Origin: Mizuhopecten yessoensis
Taxonomy: Eukaryota
Length of the DNA stretch: 64,000 nucleotides
Assembly (NCBI RefSeq): GCF_002113885.1
Contig: NW_018407435.1
Span: forward strand, 2,147,402-2,211,401
Direction: 5' to 3'
The notes below the pieces were generated by a model that ran no database searches, was not told the DNA's origin, and worked only from the letters and a program-made list of their open reading frames with translations. Positions 37,011-48,638 of this stretch are shown here, one piece after another. Position numbers and translations under genes: made by a program. Position 1 is the first letter of the stretch; the number at the start of each line of letters is the position of its first letter.

Positions 37011-38021
37011 TTAAACTTCAAACCGTATCACCTTGTTATTTGTACTGAGGGGGTCTTTCACACAGGAATTTGACACTGAGTAGATACAAGGCTGCCCCAT
37101 GTCCAGCAATGACCTCACTGTCCATTGCAAGGTGGCGTGTGCCTCAGGGGGTCTGTAACTAGTGGGGGAGAGGGATCAGAAGACAAGTCCACAGGTGTCC
37201 ATCAAGCGTGCTCACACTCGAGCATAAATAAATTATCACCGGGTCCTCTTAACATGTTCAATAGGTGATTAACTTGAGGAAACAACCGTAAGACTTGAAA
37301 AACAAACACTTGATACGGCTATTATGAATTTATTTACTCACATATGATTGCATTTGACAACGCTGAAACAGCGTGTGTATTAAGTGATTGATGGTCGCCA
37401 TTTTGGATTGTGTACAAAAGTACAAAACGGAAAGCGGAATGAAAATCCGGATTAATTATTTTAATGGAAGAAGGGCCGAAAAAAATAAGCTGTTTTAATA
37501 TTTGAACAAATTTACTGACAAAAAGTGTTTAATAGTTTTAGAAGATATATTATTACTGCAAATTTACGCTGAACATTTTCTCTTACCATAATACATTAAT
37601 AGTAAATGTAAGATCACATTTCTCATGGATTTTTCACCCTTTATGTAGCATTAAAAACTTTTACATGTTTCCTTCTTTAAATACTTTTAACTGAGGATAA
37701 AAATGTAAAGAAAAAACCCATATGTCATATAAATTATTCAATGTACAAAACCCATATACCTTTCAATATTTATTTTTTTATCTTTTTATATAATTTCTAG
37801 ACAATTATATTGCTGAAATCATAAGGAACATATTGTTTGTTTCTTTTTTTGTTTGTTTTAAAATTCACCAAACTTGCTTATTTAAAGAGACAGAAACTAA
37901 ATATAGGGGCCATACATGATGACCTATCGTGTAAAATGACGTTTTTATGTTCATATATTGCATTGCTATCTTTGTTTTCAGGGCAAAGCATTATAAAAGT
38001 GTAATGTAGATTTCCAGCTTT

Positions 38022-38633
38022 AATAAGACCAAATACTAATAACCTTTTTTTTATTTATTTTTTATTTTTTAAATAAGACATACACCAGAGAATAAAGGGT
38101 AAATATCTGCATACACCATAGGGACCCCTCGGATAATCTCAAACTCCGGCCAAGTCTGACAAGGAAACAAAGTACTGCACCTAACGGAAGCAGAGACGTT
38201 TCCCTACTGTCGGGCTCAACCGGCAGTAAGAGACCCGAGGTACATAACAAATATAATATATATACCTCCCTATAAGAACAGGAATATATTCAATAAATAC
38301 ACTTTACAAATAGACAAATATTTTTCTTTTTTAAGTACATATATACATTAATATAAGCCACATTGGCCAATTTCGAGTCCCCTCAACGACACAAAAACAT
38401 TAGTAAAGATCAACAATCACAGATACAACATCCAGCAAGACACACCATTTCGGACCAAGGAGTCGTCTCCAAATTACACCACAAGATAAGGATAGGATAG
38501 AATAGACGACTCCAAACCACCCCCCGAGGGAAGGCAACTTCCCTCACGCCGACTGAACACTGACTTCCGTCAGTGAGATGAAACCCGTAAGGGCGGATTC
38601 ATGTAGGCGCGAAACCCGTCATCCATCCATCCA
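38022..38633 (+). mobile_element. 612-bp non-coding retro-insert with a (CCAT)n tail and two structured-RNA domains
   Basis: 10-bp TSD ttccagcttt at 38012-38021 and 38634-38643; empty site in paralogue C (~54172-54183); multiple complementary stems, two with GNRA loops. Confidence 0.8.
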
Positions 38634-40035
38634 TTCCAGCTTTCCTGTGATTATCTTGTGAAACGTAATTCTCTGATACACTGTATCAGATTGCCACAGG
38701 TACCATAAAGGACACTTACACGTAAAAACTCTTAAAACACTTAGTTGAATTATAAAAAGGACAAAGAGTCCTGTCATTTATAACTCTGGTTAAAAGCAAG
38801 TAATTACGTTAACGTGATACGCATGATCATATCATCTTTGTGACATTTCAATGTTTTCATTTTTTTTCTATACGATAGGACTGCTTCTCGACAACGGTGG
38901 GACGTATGACCAGTGTTTCATTGTCACAGGTATTGTACTATACTGCAAACAAAATTCTCCCATGTGTGCGTATGAACAGAATTGATTTAAGTAGAAGGTG
39001 TCAACAACAATCTCTATTGTGTACATGTTTTCTAAAAGGATGCAAGTAAAAGAGGAAGGTTAAGCTTTCAATTTGAGAAGAGGCATGCACTTTTTCGTTT
39101 GTTTAGAAGAAACCAAATATGACAGTGATTAGAAATAAATAAGATTTTTATAAAAACAAAATCAAAAATTAGTGTTATATAGGTCATTGTCGACAAGTTT
39201 TGTTTATATTAAATAAAATAAATCACGTATGTAATATTAATATTTTTCAGTTTTAAAATATCCATTAAATTTGTAATGCATGTATAACAAGTTTTAGGTA
39301 GGTCAAATGAAATTTGTAATATAAAGTCCTACCGCTTAGCTTAATATTTCGTTTTAATATCCCTCATTTTTGTTTTTAATATTTAAGATATCTAAGAAAG
39401 CGTTTCCCTTAATTTATAATAAATTTACAGTCATCATAAAAACAATTTTTTGTAGGATAAAAATGCATTGGAATCTGCTTTTATTTAACTACACTATATA
39501 TATTATGTTTACCAATGCTTATTACGAGTATCAGTTTAGTTTCAACAGTAATACAGTTTATCTTATGAACACATTTTCAGAGAGATGGAAACAATTGAGC
39601 TTAGAAATTTAACTTATCCCTGTTGTTATTTACATCAAGCACACGTTTTCAAAGATGACATTTGTGTGCACACAACTCTGCTCATTGTATGTGTATGTCT
39701 TTATCAGATTGTTGATACATGTTATTTCCTTGTTATATCATTATTATGCTGTTGTATCTAATTATATTTCAATAAATCTAGCTTTCTGCTTTTTACCTGA
39801 ACGTTTTCTAGATTATCTATCTGTTATGTTGATCCAAAGGTTTATGATATAAACCACCCGTCGTAATTATACCGTGTGTAATATATAACAATATCTGTAC
39901 AACTCGTAGTAATGGATATGTCTTTACATTGTGATCCAGGTACTCGTATCAGCAATAGACCATTTGTCACTATGACCATGTCCAGATTATGGGGCTGTTG
40001 ACCAGCAACATCGGAACATTCTATTTTTTTTAAGT

Positions 40036-40150
40036 AGGTGAGGTGGTGGAGTGGTAACAGCTGCGGATATTTCTAGACAATGTGATTGGTTTCAGTAGGT
40101 CGTGAGTTTGAGTCCCGGACGGGGCACAAGTCATAAAGTTGTCATCCTTC
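40036..40150 (+). mobile_element. Degenerate tRNA-related SINE head (paralogous copy ~55790-55905)
   Basis: A-box-like tggtggagtggt and B-box-like gtttgagtccc. Confidence 0.4.
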
Positions 40151-40423
40151 GTCATTTATGTTTCCATTAAATTTTGTTTATATATTGTATCTGTATGATA
40201 AATATATATATGTATGTATGATAATAATGTTTGTTGTCGTAGGTTTCATCATATTAGGTGGAGCTTTGTTCACTATGGCCAGTGAGTTTTTCCGAACAAA
40301 GACGAGGATCTTCTGAATTATCATGAGATACCGTATATATATATATAACTACAAGATATGAAAACATCAACAAGTATGACTGGATCCATTAGAGCCGCTG
40401 TCAACATATGAGAATGAGTCACC

Positions 40424-42995
40424 AACTATAAAGGAGTCACCACGAACAGTTGTGACAATGACTCACAAACTATAAAGGAGTCAACGCGAACAGTTGTGAC
40501 AATGACTCACAAACTATAAAGGAATCACCACGAACAGTTGTGACAATGACTCACAAACTATAAAGGAATCAACGCGAACAGTTGTGACAATGACTCACAA
40601 ACTATAAAGGAATCAACGCGAACAGTTGTGACAATGACTCACAAACTATAAAGGAATCAACGCGAACAGTTGTGACAATGACTCACAAACTATAAAGGAA
40701 TCAACGCGAACAGTTGTGACAATGACTCACAAACTATAAAGGAATCAACGCGAACAGTTGTGACAATGACTCACAAACTATAAAGGAATCAACGCGAACA
40801 GTTGTGACAATGACTCACAAACTATAAAGGAATCAACGCGAACAGTTGTGACAATGACTCACAAACTATAAAGGAATCAACGCGAACAGTTGTGACAATG
40901 ACTCACAAACTATAAAGGAATCAACGCGAACAGTTGTGACAATGACTCACAAACTATAAAGGAATCAACGCGAACAGTTGTGACAATGACTCACAAACTA
41001 TAAAGGAATCAACGCGAACAGTTGTGACAATGACTCACAAACTATAAAGGAATCAACGCGAACAGTTGTGACAATGACTCACAAACTATAAAGGAATCAA
41101 CGCGAACAGTTGTGACAATGACTCACAAACTATAAAGGAATCAACGCGAACAGTTGTGACAATGACTCACAAACTATAAAGGAATCAACGCGAACAGTTG
41201 TGACAATGACTCACAAACTATAAAGGAATCAACGCGAACAGTTGTGACAATGACTCACAAACTATAAAGGAATCAACGCGAACAGTTGTGACAATGACTC
41301 ACAAACTATAAAGGAATCAACGCGAACAGTTGTGACAATGACTCACAAACTATAAAGGAATCAACGCGAACAGTTGTGACAATGACTCACAAACTATAAA
41401 GGAATCAACGCGAACAGTTGTGACAATGACTCACAAACTATAAAGGAATCAACGCGAACAGTTGTGACAATGACTCACAAACTATAAAGGAATCAACGCG
41501 AACAGTTGTGACAATGACTCACAAACTATAAAGGAATCAACGCGAACAGTTGTGACAATGACTCACAAACTATAAAGGAATCAACGCGAACAGTTGTGAC
41601 AATGACTCACAAACTATAAAGGAATCAACGCGAACAGTTGTGACAATGACTCACAAACTATAAAGGAATCAACGCGAACAGTTGTGACAATGACTCACAA
41701 ACTATAAAGGAATCAACGCGAACAGTTGTGACAATGACTCACAAACTATAAAGGAATCAACGCGAACAGTTGTGACAATGACTCACAAACTATAAAGGAA
41801 TCAACGCGAACAGTTGTGACAATGACTCACAAACTATAAAGGAATCAACGCGAACAGTTGTGACAATGACTCACAAACTATAAAGGAATCAACGCGAACA
41901 GTTGTGACAATGACTCACAAACTATAAAGGAATCAACGCGAACAGTTGTGACAATGACTCACAAACTATAAAGGAATCAACGCGAACAGTTGTGACAATG
42001 ACTCACAAACTATAAAGGAATCAACGCGAACAGTTGTGACAATGACTCACAAACTATAAAGGAATCACCACGAACAGTTGTGACAATGACTCACAAACTG
42101 TAAAGGAGTCACCACGAATAGTCTCAACAATGACTCACAAACTGTAAAGGAATCAACGCGAACAGTTGTGACAATGACTCACAAACTATAAAGGAGTCCC
42201 CACGAACAGTTGTGACAATGACTCACAAACTATAAAGGAATCACCACTAACAGTTGTGACAATGACTCACAAACTGTAAAGGATTCAACACGAATAGTCT
42301 CAACAATGACTCACAAACTATAAAGGAGTCACCACGAACAGTTGTGACAATGACTCACAAACTATAAAGGAATCACCACTAACAGTTGTGACAATGACTC
42401 ACAAACTGTAAAGGAATCACCACGAACAGTTGTGACAATGACTCACAAACTGTAAAGGATTCAACACGAATAGTCTCAACAATGACTCACAAACTGTAAA
42501 GGAATCAACGCGAACAGTTGTGACAATGACTCACAAACTATAAAGGAGTCGACGCGAACAGTTGTGACAATGACTCACAAACTATAAAGGAGTCGACGCG
42601 AACAGTTGTGACAATGACTCACAAACTGTAAAGGATTCAACACGAATAGTCTCAACAATGACTCACAAACTATAAAGGAGTCACCACGAACAGTTGTGAC
42701 AATGACTCACAAACTATAAAGGAGTCACTGCGAACAGTTGTGACAATGACTCACAAACTATAAAGGAATCAACGCGAATAGTTGTGACAATGACTCACAA
42801 ACTATAAAAGAATCAACGCGAACAGTTGTGACAATGACTCACAAACTATAAAGGAGTCACCACGAACAGTTGTGACAATGACTCACAAACTATAAAGGAG
42901 TCACCGCGAACAGTTGTGACAATGACTCACAAACTATAAAGGAGTCACCACGAACAGTTGTGACAATGACTCACAAACTATAAAGGAGTCAACTC
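40424..42995 (+). repeat. 44-bp satellite, about 58 units, downstream of paralogue B exon 5
   Basis: Unit aactataaaggaatcaacgcgaacagttgtgacaatgactcaca; invariant core ~40555-42060, variant units distally. Confidence 0.99.
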
Positions 42996-44223
42996 CAGCA
43001 GGTTAACGATTGCCAAGTAATGTCAGTGATTTACAACACGTGAAAGTTTCTAATTTGGACAAACATTTACAAATCATTTTGTTATCAATTGAAACAATGA
43101 CTTATAATGCCCGAAAACATGACTCAAAAACTATGAATGTTTCCGCTTGAAAAATTGCTAATAAAAGATGAAGGACTCAAAAACATTAGTTAAAACTCGC
43201 CGGAGTAATTTCATTTCTCTCATAATAGCACAATAAACGTTTTCCTCGAATTAATGCCAAGTGAAGCATATTTGATTAGTTTATGAAACACTCATTGGAG
43301 AGACCACTGCGAATTAACCCTCACATTTAAAGACTGAGGTTAAACAGGGTACAATTAAAGGATAACCATTTTCTGTACAGCAGTTATGTCTCAAAGTCAA
43401 CAAATTAAATGTCTAAGACATCGTGAATAGTTCTTTAAACATGTTAGACAAATAATATAATATCTTACATGGGTGTGATCAGCAGAGAGGCAAATATCAA
43501 CCCGAGTGTATGAGTTTGAGAGTTTGTCCACGAACCACACCATACTTGTAATGCTCTACACGTGTTCATATGCTCGTATTCCATGATAGGTACGCATGAG
43601 TACAATTTTACAACAACTGTACTGTAATATGTCAGTTAATATCTCTTATAACAAGAACAAAAGATAATTCGTTTAACACAGTTACAACAAAGTTACGTCA
43701 TTTGGTGGATATTTGTCATAACTTCATAGCGCGTGTATTTCCCAACATTTCACATTGCTATATAACTTAAGGAATTATTCAAACCAAAAATGTAAAGCAA
43801 TGGTTCGAGAATGAATACAATTTTTAGATTTAAATGCCGCGAATGGGTGACAGACAATCATATTATTTTTTGACGTACAGTCAACGTTCGGATAAAAACA
43901 ACGGTTTTAAAAAAAAGCCATATTTCAAAGACAATGCTTTTTCGTTCAGTACTCAAGGTTACGTGTACTTATGTCACGAGTAGAAATGTATTGATTTCGT
44001 TGATTTTTTTGCATAATTTACGGAGTTCGCACGTGGTATCCTTCAATTGTTGATAGCTGTAGGGGGCTCATGATTAAAACCGCTGTTCTCGATAGGTTTG
44101 ACACAAGTCTTCGGATTCGCACTTGCTACAAAAAGGATTTTTTATGTAATTAGATTCAGAAATGCAGAAAATTGTATCGCTCAGTGGGTAAATTGTTCTC
44201 GGTGATTTAAAGGCGAGACACTA

Positions 44224-45124
44224 ATCATTTACACTCTTTGCTTATTAAAAGAAACAAACGTTTTCGAAAGCTTGCAAAATAGGGTTTCAATTCCTGTTTG
44301 TGTTCAAAACAAACTTAGACTTTACCAAAAAACTGTTAATGAAGAAGGTGTACGGATTTATCATCCTACCCCTTATTTAGGATTTTATTCCTATTAAATA
44401 CGTTGAATCTCCTTTCATCAAAGGTATGCTACAAAAGTAATTGTCATTTTAAGAAATGTAAGATAACAACGTGATAACGGTCTGGATCGTGAGGAGGTTA
44501 AAAAGTCAATCTCTCTATTCAAAAGCTTTCTGTAGGTAACTAGATTCGGAAATACAAAACTATTTCTCTCTCTGGGTAAGTTTTTTTCAGCGGTTTAGAA
44601 TTGGACCACCGCTCATTTAACTCTTTGCTGACAAAGGAAGCAGACGTTATCGAAAGCTCGCAAAATCATTTTTGAATTCCTGTTTGTGTTCAAAACAAAC
44701 TTAGTCTTTATCAGAAAAGTATTTATGAAGAAGATGTACGGATTTATTATCCTATCTTGAAAATCCGTACAGATATAATTGCTCTGTTAACCATCAATGA
44801 TACATTCGCAAAGACCGACTGAGGTGTCTGTTTGTGTTATCGTGCATGTAGCATGGGGGGGGGGGGGGGGGGGGGTATTAATTGTCTTTAACGTACATTT
44901 GTATTGTATGTCGTTTTATTATTTTTCTTAAACGAAACACGAAAACTAACACCCCATCCCCAATTCTCTCTTTTCTAAACCATGGTGAAGAAGACTTATA
45001 AAAGTCAGCGTTGATTGATTAAAAACACACAAGAGCTTGTATAACTGATACAATGCTGATATAATTTTTATTTAGGATTTTGTTTCTGTTCAATACCCTT
45101 GATCTCATTTCTTCAAAGGTATGC
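44224..45124. repeat. Local tandem duplication (~200 bp) whose second copy is split by a ~310-bp insert
   Basis: 44224-44370 matches 44612-44757 (aattcctgtttgtgttcaaaacaaacttag); 44373-44428 matches 45069-45124. Confidence 0.7.
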
Positions 45125-48100
45125 AATACATGATATGATCCTTAACTTGTTCTGACCATCGAGGTGGAAAAACAGATAGTAGAGTTTTGTATGGGTTATT
45201 ATTAATGACATATATGTATGCTGATAAAATACGTATTCATATCACTGTTGAAATGGCCTCTTATTTATTTATAGAAAGGAGACTGAAATACTAGTCGATG
45301 CTCATTATCGTAGTAAACATCGCTTGATATCAAAGGGATTTGCTTGCAACAGTTTAAACTATGTTGTTTAACTGTCAAATTCAATAACGATAATGAGCCT
45401 CGACACAAACAGGTATAGTTAAACTTTACATTTCAGTTGAAACACACAAAATGAAACACTGGTTTATGTTGAACAAGTAGTTCTCATACTACTTGATGAA
45501 TATAAACAGTGTTTCATTCGTGTCTTACAACTGAAATGATGGTGTTAAGTGAATACGTCAGCAGATATCATCGAAAATACAAATTCACAATAAAATTTGA
45601 AACGTTTATTTGTACATTTACAACTACAGCGAAGTTTGAAGGCAAAGAAACATACTGAAATATATACCATATTACATGAGACATGTATATCATGTTAAGA
45701 ACATTTCATAGTTTGTTATTATTTTGCTTATACTGTCAGCAAGCACACACTCTTCAGTTCAAAGACTGTTTGATAAATAAGTAAGAGTCTAGTATAAACT
45801 GCATGTTTTCAGGTTGAGGTAGTATAACACTTACTACAGGGTACCATTTATTAGTTTGAGTAATTACAGGACTTGACGCAGCTAGTGTCCTTTGCTTCCA
45901 GCACGTCGGTTGTCGACATTTCCTTGTTCGTTGCCGTTGGGTAAAGGGGTTTCGTTCAACAAATCGATCTTCTTGGACGTCAAAAGACTAACAAACAAGT
46001 ATAGAAATATGTTTAACATATGTTTTTATTTGTAACTTTTCATTACATAAAATTCGTTACATTATATATATTACTTTTGTTGCAGCGATCACTTGAAAAT
46101 GGCAGTTATGTGTTGATACATTGCGTAAAATTCTTGATGTATACAGCCGGAAGTAAAGCCTCTGTGAATTTAAGGACAAAGTTCATTTTCTGAAGTCGAG
46201 GTTATGCGAAGAACGGGTATTTCGCTTAAAAGTAAAGGAGGGATAATGACAAGGTAGGTCAACTGGTGATACTTATTTTGCTCGATCTTATCTATGTTGT
46301 TAGTTCATCATTAGATGCTTAATTGTTTATATCTAAATACATACATTTGTACAAGTAGCATTCTGCAAAGACTCTTTTTATAGAAAAGAATATACTTGAA
46401 GTTATTCGTTACGTTGCTCGGGTATGTTAGCCACACATAACATTTTATTGTTTCTCAATATAATGAACTTTTTTCAGATGGATTAAGCCGGTTCACAATA
46501 TATTGAAACTTCCTTTTGCCCTTTTCGTTTGATTAAAACGGAGTGGAATGATTAGCTTGTATAGCTAGACACCCCGTCATATGTTTTATAACACATTTAG
46601 ACATTTTGTCCAACGATGCGTGACAAATCTGTGAACAAATGTCCATATGTTCCGTATTGAGAAAAATAAACACCCGCTTTATCATCGTACATAACACTTG
46701 TGTAGATGTAGACAGCATTCAAAACAATTGGAACGTTTTGGTCGGAACTAAAGGCAAATACGTTTGTACTTGGATCTGAAGAGACACCAAAAACTACAAC
46801 AAATCAGCAGAACCTAAAAAATCATGTCAGGCGAGATCTGATAATTCTACGCTCTGGGTCATAAAAGCTAAAACTGCTAAAACAGTTGTGTGTATAGTTC
46901 AACACTCCAAGTGCCGCTCTCATTGGAGCGAACTTAGATGACAGGTTAGCGACAGGCTAATATAAATTAATGTATCTTAATTAAAGCGGAGTGAAAGACA
47001 CCCGGTTTACAAATTCATTTAGATATGATATACCTTGTTTTAAGACGAATGCATTTTATTCAAGCAATATACACACATGTGTACACATGAAACGAGATAC
47101 TCCGGGGTATTGTGTTCTCGCCAGGAGTTTTCTTTTATAGCAACCTCAAAAGTCGTACACTTACTAAATATGCATCATATAATAGGCGTTACACCCGATC
47201 CCAGGCAGAATAAGTGGGCCTCTCTTTGTTTACCATTTCTGTCATCAGTGTAAAATACGTAAATCAAACTATATAGTATTTTACAACGTGATAAAGCTCA
47301 AAAGTGTCTTGGTCTAGTTTCTTTCTTATCGTCCTCATCTGTCTGTTTAATAAATTACTTTAAGCTTTTATTACGGTTTATACGAGAACTACATCAACGA
47401 GATTAGTATCGTTGATGATTCATTGGCCATGTTTCCGTCGAATGCTTGTTGTGACTTAAAGAATCAAAATATTTGAGAAAATGGGATTTAAATTCGATAT
47501 ATTTGAGGATCACTGTCCCACTGCAGGCGAAACAATCACGAATTATTTGATTAAACATATGACTGGAATGGTCCAGCATTATGTTCCCGATCTAGCCCTG
47601 TTACAGTTTTGCTCTCAGAAAACTTTTATCGATTTATCAGTTGCTCTTAAAAATCACATGTTCGGGTTTTTGTTCAGGAATAAGATTTCAATATATTGCA
47701 ATGCCGTAAAAAAAAGTTTCGAATTATCGGTTGCATTTCTTTTACATTAGTATGGAGAGATTTCTTCTCGTCATATTTCAAAAAATTGCTGAAATGAATT
47801 TATTTAAATGTTTCCAATCGTAATAGACAAATATGGATTTTGAAAGCGTAAATATTGACACAAGTTGTCTTAGAATGCAAAAAGAGAAAGTGTCGTATTG
47901 AAACAAGAGATCACAAAGACAAGCTCGTTTTTGCTCAACGAACCTGTGAAAGGCCAACCACCTGAACGGGTGCATCACTCGATTGAAATAAATGTTACAG
48001 CGGGAGGCCATCGGAATATGACTTTTATAACAAATCGAGCAGGCCCATCGTATTGACTTTTCCAAGTAACCTTCTTGCTGCAACGTGTTTATAGTTTAAA

Positions 48101-48638
48101 CGTCTACAAAATGGTTTTCTGGTGATGGTATTTGTAACGTTAAAAAGGGTGGTATTCTGTATATGTCACGGAAAACTTGAAACATGTATTTGTCATTTTC
48201 TTGACCTTAAGAATCATTCATGAGACTTGATTTGACGAAATGGTCATATGGTGTACCAGAATGTTTATATTGTTGGTTGTTTGCAGGTACAAACACACTT
48301 TTCATGTAATTGTGTCCTTTTTCATATTTCTTACTATTGGTCTGAAATATCTTTATCAACTTATATATTTTGTAAAAAAAGTTTTTTTTTAATTTTGCTA
48401 AGTTTCCTAAATATTGGCTATATTTCCTGCGCCAATTTGTTATACAACAGATACATCTTGGATAGCTGATCTCACTTCAAGCGTCATATGCTATATTTAT
48501 CGCGGTCTGTATGTCCCAGCAACGTTGTGGCTTAAGTCATCAAAAGATATTAATTTGTGGAATTCTTGTGATACGCAAATTCAAACTATGATATGAGATT
48601 TGTAGTATTAAAAAAAAGATCATTTAAGTTATTGTAGG

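Larger units (their letters stand above)
35514..40316 (+). pseudogene. SLC16 paralogue B pseudogene: 3' part of exon 3 (~35514-35755), exon 4 (38879-38929), exon 5 (40243-40316)
   Basis: Begins abruptly at GNEVDVALML; the SGPPCA codons and the exon-3 donor are deleted; exon 5 has an extra A (cgaacaaagacg) giving a TGA at 40314. Confidence 0.92.

Noticed and set aside
38546-38615. Canonical hammerhead ribozyme or SECIS element
   Set aside because: The junction reads CTGAACA/GAGA rather than CUGANGA/GAAA, and the helix above ATGA is far too short for a SECIS; kept only as an unclassified structure
40424-42995. Regular short repeats resembling a CRISPR array (also 21744-22206 and 61670-63990)
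   Set aside because: Head-to-tail units with no unique spacers, no cas genes, and a eukaryotic context
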